From Ginglymostoma cirratum (lineage: Eukaryota), in the NCBI GenBank assembly GCA_024137785.1, contig JAHRHZ010000084.1, positions 7,573,933 through 7,637,932 of the forward strand: DNA of 64,000 bases, given 5' to 3'. Below, one piece after another: positions 12,832 to 23,450 of this stretch. Every line of letters begins with the position of its first letter. Position 1 is the stretch's first letter. A program made the translations under genes and the position numbers. The notes below the pieces were generated by a model, which was given only the letters and a program-made list of their open reading frames with translations, was not told where the DNA came from and made no database searches.

Positions 12832-13530
12832 TCCCAAACTGTTTTCTGATCAAAATGTACTATTGAAGTGTGGTTAATTTTGCAATGTAAGACATGTGAC
12901 AGCTTATTTTCATGCAATTTTGTTAATTTTTAATCTGCGTACTATACTTTGGTGCTGCTAAAGAAAGAGATTCTACTGGAGAAGAATGATTTCCATAAAA
13001 TATCTTTAAAGTAGGCTGCATCACACAGTTTGGCACCGTGCAGTATGTAGAATATTAATATTAATTTATGTGAAGTGTGGGGCAGGGTAGAGAGAGTGCA
13101 CAGTTTATTTAGTAGCATCAATTTGCTTATGGCCTTGTAACAGAACATTATTACACATAAGTATTGTAAGACTTCCTTGATTTTGTGGTGAACAGATGCA
13201 CCCAGTAGGACAAAAACTTGTGCTCTGATCTTGAACTTATCAGTATTTAAACTATTAAAATTTTTAAATAACCGGTCTTCAGGTGCTGTGCAAGTGAGTT
13301 GGATAAATATTAGTGTTTTGACTTGATGGCCCAGTGGAGTCCTTCCTTACTTGCTGACAATGCACAGTCATCCACTCTTCTCAGCTTGTTCACTTCAAGA
13401 CCGTATCAAGTTCAGAACTCAGACCAACTACATATCTGAGAAAGTCTACTGGTTTAGAGGGATTCTTGGGAGGAGAGAGATGACCAAAATTGTTGCTTAT
13501 TATAATACCTGCAAATTTATCTTCTCACAG

Positions 13531-13684
13531 ACGGTACGTAAATAGGAGCCAGCATGAAGCAAACAACTTATCAAATGAAAGCACGTCCACTGAGCCACCT
13601 CTCAACACAGATTCTCTTACTTTGCGACGTCGAACCTTAGCAGCTGCAGCTGAAAGACGTCTCCAGCAGCGACAGGACTCCTAG
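13531..13684 (+). CDS. AMFR: AMFR last coding exon (VCP/p97-interacting motif, stop TAG)
   Basis: ttctcacag|a acceptor. The phase-2 join gives QARRRYVNRS. Ends LRRRTLAAAAERRLQQRQDS*, which contains the AMFR VIM. Confidence 0.95.
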
Positions 13685-15830
13685 TTCTGAAGATGCAACG
13701 CTGGGAACTTAGAATCTTTACACTCGCTGAACCACATGTCTGGCTCTGTTTTTGCAGCAGCAAGGGGAATAGCATCCCAAACCGCTTTGCAAATCATGCC
13801 ATTGAGCTGGAGAGTTGTACTATCTCGTAATGTGGCTGCACTAATGGAGCTGGATCACAACAGTATTTGGGGTGGGAAATGGCTTGGATGTTTTTTTTTT
13901 AAAGTACAGCCTTTGAAAACAATAAACAGCTTTTTACCTGCAAAAAAATAAATCTTAGTAGCTGCACATGTCTGGAGGCTACTTTTAAACTACAGAATTA
14001 ATGCAGTCTGCTAGTTTGCCTGTTGTGGATTTTGGAAGGCTGTCTAGTTCAAAGAACTATTGGGCACTACAGCATTGCTCCCTGGGGCTCATCTGCAACT
14101 GTGCTGAAAAGTGACATGATGTGTGCTGCAGTATTTGGCAACTAATTTCATTTCTTTGTGGTTTCCCATCATACAGAAAGCATGGAACAACTTTTATACC
14201 TACAGCACCCCTGTACCCTCTCCTCCTGCAGGTGGTATGCAATAAATGCCTGACTTCTACACAGAACTTCCATGCCATTTTGGCACAAGGAAGTTTTAAT
14301 TCTGTTTCTGATTTTCAAGTTCTTTACTGTTCTATTTTCAAATGATCACATGTTATCGTAACTGCAGTTCTGTTACTACTTTGCATCCCAAAAGTTCAAG
14401 AAAGTAATCTTTGTCAGAAGTTGGCTGTTTCTGGCAGTTTCAACTCAGCGTGTCATGGCTATGAATCGATTTGTTTTTGATATCTTCAAGTTAAAACCCA
14501 GTTGGTCAGTTAAAGATGAAGTGTGATTGGTTGGGGCAGTGTGATGCATGGGTTACATAGTGTCATTTTCAGTATCTCCATGAAAGTACCAAGCCCATAT
14601 TTTTAAATAGATTTAAGCAACTTCAGCCTGTCCTTCCCAGAACTTGCTACCTTAAAATGTGTGCCACTCCCACTACAGCCATAGTCATTCTCATTTATCA
14701 TGGAAATTACACTATCTAATATTTAGTAGCATGTGAAAACATGATAATAGCATCCTGTCCACTAGGGATATATTTTTGGAAAGTTGGCTGTGATTTGCCA
14801 GAAATATCCTTTAAGTTCTGAATATTTTGGGGTGGTTGGATTTATTTTATCCAGCTGTATGGTGTTTTATATAGGGTCTGTGGTACTGATCATGTAAGAA
14901 CTTGGTGACTTGAGCATTAATTTTAAATAAAGTATTGCACGTTTGCTCTTGCATTCAGCTTAATCTTTATAATCAGAAATGCAAATTGCAGAATTTGCTT
15001 TTGTTTTTATTCCCTAATTCGTTCTCCAGTATATTTTGAGTACAGTTTGATTTTCACCCATATTATCTCAGATAACATGTTACTATCCTTTAAATTCTAC
15101 CAAATATTTCAGTAGACATTTGGATGACTTGAGAGTACTTGCTGGTCTCTGCCTTGTTTGAATAATGCATTTGGATGTTTTACCTCAAAATAATCACTGC
15201 TGCAGTTACAATAAGTTGAGGTATGGCTTTGTCCAAAAATCTTGCTTTCTGAAATAAGTAAATGCCTAACATTTTACCTTCCTTCCCATGGATGAACTGT
15301 AGCCAATTTTTAGAAAATTAGTTCAGCAACAAATTATATGGAATTTGAGGTTAATTTCATCAACTTAATTTTTATGAATATTCAAAGGAACAATATTCTG
15401 ACATTTTTTTCAAATTCTGCACTTAACTAAGGGTAGGAGGGATGGTAACTGTTGATGCTGATACAGGCTTTACAATAGCTTTGTCGTTCTGTGTTGAGGG
15501 GAGGGGTCTTTCAAATGTCAGTGCAATGTGATTAAGTGTTTATACTTATTTTTGACTTTTTTTAAACTGAACACAAGCCTGATGTAAATTGTGATAGGAA
15601 CACTTTATTGTGCACTTGTAAAACAGCAATCTCTTAGACCCTTTCATATTGTACTGAAGTCTCTCTCAGGGATGGGTGAAAGTGTAACACCTTTGCAAAA
15701 AGCCTTGTTGTGATGCTTTTCCTTTGAAATAGTTTCCAATACACAGTTTGTTTTACATATAAGAGCTATTACCCTATTTTTGTTTTTCTGGAATTATTTA
15801 AATAAAATGCATTTTCTGGTTTGTCCAAAT
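13685..15830 (+). other. AMFR: Probable AMFR 3' UTR with several AATAAA signals
   Basis: Repeat-poor AT-rich tract after the stop. AATAAA at 13921, 14241, about 14926, 15801 and about 15963. The true end cannot be determined from sequence. Confidence 0.55.
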
Positions 15831-17173
15831 GAATATCGTTAACATTCATTTTTCAAGCAGCTTTACTGAGAGGATTTCTTTATTGAATGTTTAACTGATC
15901 ATGTGTTCTTGACCTTATTCTATTGTGTATGGCCCTTTCTGTAAAGAATTCTCTGATTTACAAATAAATGGCACTTGTGTTAATATCAGGGATAGGTTTT
16001 TCACTGGAAAATTCGTAGTATAGATCTGGAAACCATAATGTACACAGTGCTGCAATGTTTGGAGCAGACTTGAGGGTCTTCAATGGTCTACTCCCGATTT
16101 GCATGATTTGGCTGTGCTGTTACTCTATCAACAGTAACGGTGTTATTGCTATGTAATGGACGCTTCAGCTACTTTGGACACAGCATTTTGCATAAACAGG
16201 AACATTCTGAGTCATGCAGATCTTTTTAAATCATTCGTGCGGTTGTGTTATAACTGGGCACTATAAATCTAGTATAAGTATAATCTAGGATGGGGGGATA
16301 TCTGCCATTGTGCTTGCTTTTCAAACTGTTCAGCATGCTCCAAGTCGATGGGTAGGTTTTGTATGCAGTCTTGGACTTGTTATGGTGTTCCCTGCTATCA
16401 AATAGCTTTCTGGTGCTTAACTATACTAACACAAACATTTAACAGTTACATAAACAAGATATTGATAAGCATCAAGGAGCACAAATTCTTGAAGGTTAGG
16501 TAAGTGTGGAGTTGGGAAAACATTGGCCAGAAACAAATGAATCAGTTAAATATTGAGGTCCTGTTTACGTGGCAATGCTTTCCAGTACCAGACGCTACGA
16601 TTTGGTTTAATATGTATACAGTACAATCACTTTATCCCTATTGTACACAAATGGTTTACTGATTAATTCTCCATACCAACCTTGTGAAAACTTGGCGAAA
16701 ATTGCTAAATTTCCAACTGAATTTACATTTTCTGTCAAGTTTTAGTTTTTGTAGCACTTTTTCCTTTTCATCTTCATAAATATGACTTGGTACCTTGGTA
16801 CTGATACTTGGCAGAACAGGCATAGGGTCTCATAAAAAGGAAAGATAAAGCTTTATCTCCCAAAGGTGTGGAATTTCAACACGGGTCCACCATAATATAA
16901 TGCCATCTAAAATATCTGTCCACAACTATAGTTTAATATGCATGCGAGATCTATGGCATGAGTGTCAATGTTACAGATTCCTTTCTGGACATACTCCAGA
17001 GCGATGGGAAATGCAGTGTCCTTCACGAGTAACATTTAGACTCCGTGGATTTAAATTTCCCTGACTACACCATTAATGTTGTATTTTATGGAATTTTAAA
17101 TTGGGTGATTTTAATTGTTTTAAAACGTTAAGGGGATCGAAGAGAGAAACAAATTGCGTTGATTTCAAATAGA

Positions 17174-17268
17174 TACGAGTGTGGAGCTGGAGGAGCACAG
17201 CAGGCCAGGCACCATCAGAGGAGCGGGAAAGCTGACGTTTCGGGTCGGGACACTTCTACAGAAGAACT
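17174..17268 (-). mobile_element. Solo PLE terminal arm just upstream of the BBS2 promoter
   Basis: ggagctggaggagcacagcaggccaggc...gctgacgtttcgggtc; same family as 54387 and 58514. Confidence 0.7.
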
Positions 17269-17514
17269 CTGCTCTGGTATGACAAGAGCGTATTTATTTT
17301 TCAGTTAATTTAAAATATTAAAGTGGAACAACGTTCACCTATGACGGATTGCTTCACTAATACGGGAGAGACGGTTTGTGTTGTACGTATTTTTGTATCA
17401 ACACATAAGTAGGCCATGTCGAAAGTACACGTTCGAAACGCAACTTGCGCATTAGGGGGTACTATTATTGTCCCACATTGAGCGTATTGCATACAACAGC
17501 TACGCTGTGTAGTG

Positions 17515-17528
17515 GTTGTTATGGCAAC
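17515..17528. promoter_or_regulatory. RFX X-box
   Basis: GTTGTTATGGCAAC fits the RYYNYYWWRRNRAC consensus. BBS genes are established RFX targets. Confidence 0.8.
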
Positions 17529-17589
17529 AAATAAATCCCACCCCCTTGCGGCATCCCCGTGACCTCTGGTTGATGTCATTGGGTAGCAA

Positions 17590-17901
17590 CGGAAAGACGC
17601 CACGAGAGAGAGGGGAGAAATCCGGGTCGAGGACAGAGGTAGACGGAGGGAGGCAGAGAAATCTGGGCCGAGGACTCGGACAGAGGAATCCGGGCCAAGA
17701 AGAAAGGTGGAGAGAAATTCCGACCCGCGGGGAATACAGTGCGGAGGAAGGGGTGGAGAAGAGGAAAGGGAGATCAGTCCGGGCCGGCGAGAGAGACCGG
17801 GCCAAGGCATAGCGAGGCCGACGTTACAGAGCGGGACCGGACCGAACCGAAAAATCCGGACCAGGGAAAGCGTGACTGAGACACACACAGTCTGCATCAA
17901 G
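17590..17901 (+). other. BBS2: Putative non-coding first exon of BBS2
   Basis: ATG-free purine-rich tract ending at aag|gtaaaa. An acceptor (tctgcag|, 18741) lies 9 nt before the ATG. The start position is a guess. Confidence 0.5.
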
Positions 17902-18750
17902 GTAAAAAGGGATTGGGTGAGGGGCTGTATCCGAGCACTGGTGTATAAACTCCGACTGCTGGCTGTTAAGTGCACTCGAACTGATCGAGTTAAGAGGGTT
18001 GCTCCTTGTTGGGATAATCTGCGGAAAGTCCCGCACGCACCTCTGGGTCAGGATCAACCACGTTCACTCGAATTTGATTACTGTTGTGATGGAGTACACC
18101 ACTCAGACTAAAGATCATGTTCCTAAAACGAAGGGGGTGGGATGTCAGAATTACGAACCTGAGGCTGTCACCAAATGTTAGAAGGTAAATAGTTAAGCTT
18201 GTTCATGAGGGACAATATCACAAATTGAATTTGCATTCGTGAACATTCTGTTTCCCAGGAAAGCCAACTGCATAAGGTCTAAATCTAACTAAAATCCTCC
18301 TTGTATGCATAATTCGACATATTCACGAAACATTAATCAAAAGATCGTGCCTGTTATACCATGACTTCACTATAATTCATGTTACCTTAATCCATATACT
18401 GTCCTTCATGTTACATTTCTTCAGCACGACCATTTAGCAATATTTTCAAATAATTAGTGATATAAACAGAAAACACACAAAGGATCTATTGAAATGAATT
18501 ACTGAATAACTATGCAATGAAATGTAAAGTTAGTTTTATTTATGCAACCAGCAGTGGGATCAATAGACCCCAGACTTGTACCTGCATTTCTGATGCCATT
18601 AAATATTGCTCTTGCTATTGTTCTTACTGGCAAAACAATCCACCTTTTGTTTCCTAACATTCTAATCGTATTTTTTTTCGCTTGGTTTAAATTTTCTGCT
18701 CCAGGTGATGATCATTGCTCTATCCTCTTCTATATCTGCAGGTGGTAGCC

Positions 18751-18867
18751 ATGCTCGTCCCAGTTTTCACGCTCAAGCTAAACCACAGAATCAACCCCCG
18801 GATGGTGACTGTGGGGAAATATGATGGCACACACCCTTGTCTAACTGCTGCTACCCAGGCTGGCAAG
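18751..18867 (+). CDS. BBS2: BBS2 coding exon 1 (117 nt)
   Basis: gtagccATG context; [39 protein letters not shown]; aag|gtactg donor. Confidence 0.96.
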
Positions 18868-19819
18868 GTACTGCAATACAATGTGTTGCTAGTGTAATCA
18901 GGAGTTGAGGTACTGAGTTTATCAGAATCAACTGTAATTGAATTTAGATTGTAACTTTGAATTAAGATATTGAATAAGGAGCTGTAATTACCAGTGAGGG
19001 CATTGGCTAACAGTGATAGCTTATATTGATGGCACACACCCTTGATTATTTTGTCCGTTGTAGTAATATAATGCAGTAAGTCAAACTGCTAGACCATTCT
19101 GGGAGAATGGTAACTGAAGCAAGCGACCATTACTATTGCCGTGACCACTAAATGAGGGCCTGTAACTATCAGCAATGGCATCAAATAAGGAGATGTAACT
19201 ATCAGTTTGCATCCATATAGAATCTTTAACATAGAATGCTCAAAAGCAGATTGCAGAGGCATTAAGAAAACCATAAATAACAAGTCACTGAAGGAAATAC
19301 TGAAGAATAACCATTTAAAGACTTCAGGGTTAAGGTCTTTAAAGACGACAAGGGAAGGAAAGGGGTTAAAGGAGGTTTTGACAGTATGGAGTCTAGACAG
19401 CTAAAGGTGTAGTTGTTAATGAGGGGTGCAGTGAGTTTGCACAAAGGGAGTGGCAGAGAAATGGAGAGGTTGGGGATTCAGCTATTTGGCTAATAGAGGC
19501 TAATAGGGATAAGGAAGTGCTGAAGCAGTGTCAAGATTTAAATACAAAAATTAGAGTTTGAAATGTTGAAGCATTTGGAAAAAAGTAGTAAGTGTAGGTC
19601 AACAAACAGAGGGAATAGTTAAGTGAAACTTAGTGCAGAATATGGTGAGCTGAAGTTTTACAGGGGTGTTGGCTGGGCGGCCAACCAGTATAACGTTGGA
19701 TTGGCCGAGTCAGCAAATGGCAAAAGCACAGATAAACCACCAGATGGCTTAAGGCAAGGACCGAGGTGGGCTTTGTTGCAATGTCAAAACTTGGTGGTCT
19801 TAGTTTCACCAATGTCACA

Positions 19820-20420
19820 TATCAGTAAGAGCAGGAGTAGGGTCGTTCAGCCTGTCAAGCTTGCTTCACCATTTGTGGCTGATTATCTAAATCATTACCA
19901 CTTTCCCATGCTATCACCACATCTTTTCATGGTATTAATATCCAGAAATTATTGATTTCTGTCTCTGTGCTCCATGATTGAACTTCGAAGGTACTGAATT
20001 CCAAAGATACATCTCTCTTTTAGCGAAGAACTTCCTTCTCATCTCAATCTTAAGTGCCTACTCCTTTTTCTGAGACTCCGTCCCCAGTTTCAGATTCAGC
20101 ACAGGGGAAACATGTCACACCTTGTAAGGATTTTGTAAGTTTCAACGAAATCACTGCTCATTTTTTTTGGAGCATGAGAGAAGACAGCGCCAGTTTCCTC
20201 AATCTCTGTTCGTAAAACAATGCTGCTATCCCAGAGATTAGTCATGTGAACTAAAACAGAAGTTACTGGAAAAGCTCAGCTGTTTGGCAGCATCTGTGAA
20301 GAAAAAAAATCAAGAGTTAACGTTTCAGGTCCAGTTCCTCAGAACTGTTTTGTGAACCTCTGTTGCACTCCTCCTGAGACAAGTAGGTCCTTCCTTAGTT
20401 AAGGAGTCCAAAACTGTGTG
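19820..20420 (-). mobile_element. Decayed CR1 3' fragment containing a PLE arm
   Basis: Reverse-complement CR1 tail starting at agcaggagtagg...ttcagcc. Confidence 0.6.
20252..20350 (-). mobile_element. Solo PLE terminal arm
   Basis: ctggaaaagctcagc...ggcagcatctgtg...gagttaacgtttc...ttcctcagaac, flanked on both sides by tgtgaac. Confidence 0.7.
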
Positions 20421-21299
20421 TGATGCTTCTGTCAATGCAGTCATCCACAAGAAAAAATTGGTGCTAAAGGTTTTGTTCACAAGTAAACAGGTATTCTGGA
20501 GGAGATTACAAACAGGGCCATTAATGGAGTACAGAGAGGTAAATGGGATGAAGCGAACATGCGCAGGTTTGACAGGATGGCTGGGAGGTTTGGTGACAAG
20601 ATGATGGGAAATTTGGGATTGCTGGTCATAAAGAGGCCATCATTGATATCTTGATAGGATCCATTAGATAATGCTAAAGTGGATTTTGTTATGGGAGAAT
20701 TCAAGTCTGTGAAAATTGGAAGACAGAGGAGTAGCAATAAGTTGAGGTAAGGATTGAGAATGCAAAGTTACGCAGAGGGGACAGGGTATTGGAAAGTACA
20801 AGTTCAGGCCCCATTTGAAAAGCAAAATGAGCCAGAATAGTAACTAAAACGTCTGCTTCTCAATCTATTATACATAGTCCTAGTGTTTTGTATAAGTGAA
20901 AACAGAAAGTGAAATGCGTTTAATTCTCAGGATGCACACTGAGAAAGGAACAGGAACTTGTATTACATTCAAAAAATTTAAACAATTAAAGTTCACACTT
21001 TTATTTTTGTAAGCCACACTGCATAAAACTCACTCCCACTGATTATTTGCATCCTGGATTTATACAACCAATTAACTCTTAATCAATATCTTCACCACCT
21101 GTTCAGTCCTACCATTAGGTCTCAGGGATTCATTTCAGACCACAGATAATATTCCCCTTTTGTCTTTTTAAATGTATCAATAATTTGTAAAAACAGCAAA
21201 ATTACAACAGAGTATATTCCCTTTCTTTCCTTGCACATTAAAGTTCCACGGGTGTTATTTTCCACATATGTCCGAACGTTTCTTAACTTGCTGATTTCT

Positions 21300-21830
21300 T
21301 GATATTTTCTACTGAACCATTTCAGGGATGTTATGACACACATCTGGAGCAGGTGGGACTTAAAGCCAGACTTCCTGCCTCAGTGGTACAGACATTATCA
21401 CTGCCTTGCTGCTTTTCTCACGTTTTCACAAGTTTCACAGAATTTATTAAACTTAAAAGAAATGCAAAATAGTTGATACTTAATAAAAGCAATAGATTGC
21501 TGTCAATCTGTCCTGGGATGCAAGTTTGTTACACTGATTGGGTATGTTTCTCTTGTTCTGTTCTTCTTTCATCTTCCTTTTTGTGAAACAGTCCACTAAG
21601 AACTAGGCCTTGCTGATTGTTGATACTTCTTAACCAACCACTCCAGGTAGGATTCAAACCCAAGTCTCCTGGCTTAGAGGTAGGGAAACTACACCTGCAC
21701 CACAAGAGCTCTCCTTCCTAGCTATTTAAATATTTTCTGTTCAACCAGTTAAGAGATGTTATTACGCACCTCTGGAACAGGTGGCACTTGGACTGCATCT
21801 CCTCGCTCAGAAGGAGTACCATTGCCTTCC
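21300..21830 (-). repeat. Cluster of three short tRNA-head SINE-like units
   Basis: Related units at about 21300-21405, 21640-21710 and 21730-21827. The minus strand shows A-box-like (tggtgcaggtgtag) and B-box-like (ggtttgaatcc) motifs. Confidence 0.5.
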
Positions 21831-22814
21831 TGGCTTCTTTGTGAAAACAATCAGGTGGCTGACAACTGCTATCCATCCATTTGAATTTTGAGATCTCTCC
21901 ATTCTCCATCATCTGTGCTGACCCTCAGACTTTTATCTTTCATACTTTTCGTTGTGTGTGTATATTATCCCATAGTCACTTATAATTGATGTAGCACTCA
22001 ATGGATATTGCTGTTGAATCCCTTTGTAGAATTTCTTCCAATATTTTCGCTAAGAAGACGTCATATCACCGAGATCAAGGGTTTCCACCTCTAAGATACT
22101 TAGTCGTGCAGCCCAGAAGAGGCCCCTTGAGTCTGCACTTATTTATCTACTTGTCTGATTTTTTTTTTAACTTCCCAAACTATAGGACAATATTTATCTT
22201 CCTTTCCCACAAGAAAAAAAACATACTTTCCTGGACTCAAAAACTCATCAGCGGTTTTTATAAGAGGCATTAATAAAAACAAACAGTTTCATGTTCCTGG
22301 CATATCCCAATGATAGAAATTTCAAAACACAATGCTCCATTTTGAATATTTTGTAATGCCTTGTTTTCCTGAATTTTTGACAGTTGTATTGAATTCATAC
22401 TTAAGAACTGGCATCTACCTTCATTTGGGTGCCCAGCTAATTCAGTTGTCCAGTTAGACTTTGCAATTACTCTATTTCAATTTGGGATGATGCTATATCT
22501 TTTTGTGAAGCCCTACATTGATTAATATCAACAGGGCTAATATTTTCCACATAATCTTGCTGAAGTAATGTAACACTTGATCCATTCTACCTGATTTCCT
22601 ACCCAATGTATTTAAAAGCTCCAGAAGCCTGACTTCTAATTTGAATTCTGCTGCGAGCCCATTTATGACAACGTTTTCAAATTCACTGCTGGTATACCAC
22701 AAAAAATTCATCTACATGTATCATAGATACTTGAAAGTTGCCCTTGTGATGGCAGGGTCTGCTTTTTGCTGAAGAAAACCCAATTTTAATAAGATAAGTA
22801 GTGAAACAGCAGGT

Positions 22815-23400
22815 GGTGAAGAATGCAAAATGGTATGTTTGCCTTTGTAGTAACAGAATTTGAATATAGGAGCAGAGGTGTGTTGCTGCAGTTGTACAGT
22901 GCCTTGGTGAGACAACACCTAGAGTATTGCATCCTGTTTTGCTCTCCTTATCTGAGGAAGGATGTCCTGATTATGGAAGGAATGCAACAAAAGTTTACCA
23001 AACTGATTCATGGGATGGCAGGACTGATGTATGAAGAGAGACTGAATTGGTTATGAGTATGTTCTGTGGACTTCAGAAGAAGGAGAGGGGAGTCTCAAAG
23101 AAACCTAACAGAACTAGATGGGATAAACACAGAATGGATGTTCCTGATGACTAGGGAGCCCAGAACCAGGAGTCACTGTCTAAGGATATAGGGTAGGTTG
23201 TTTAGGATTGAGATGAGGAAACATTTCTTCACCCAGAGAGTGGTGAGGTTGTAGCATTTTCTCCCACATGAGTATCGTTCTTAGGGCTAAAGGGATTAAA
23301 GAGACTGGGGAGAAAGCAGGAACAGGGTATTGAATGGGATGATCAGCCATGATCATATTGAATGACAGGGCAGGCTGAAAATGCCAAATGGCCTTTTCCT
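22815..23400 (+). mobile_element. CR1 3' fragment
   Basis: ORF 22823-23056 (LYSALVRQHLEYC...YEERL) followed by the CR1 tail. Confidence 0.8.
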
Positions 23401-23402
23401 GT

Positions 23403-23450
23403 GATAACAAGGTGTAGAGCTGGATGAACACAGCAGGCCAAGCAGCAGCA
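23403..23450 (-). mobile_element. Short PLE arm fragment
   Basis: gataacaaggtgtagagctggatgaacacagcaggccaagcagca; same family and start point as 54384. Confidence 0.65.

Larger units (their letters stand above)
17420..18060 (+). promoter_or_regulatory. BBS2: GC/CpG-rich BBS2 promoter region
   Basis: Local CpG enrichment in an otherwise CpG-poor window, about 0.7-1.3 kb upstream of the BBS2 ATG. Confidence 0.8.

Noticed and set aside
17310-18111. Several overlapping ORFs up to 221 aa
   Set aside because: Stop-poor GC-rich promoter sequence with low-complexity translations and no recognisable domain.
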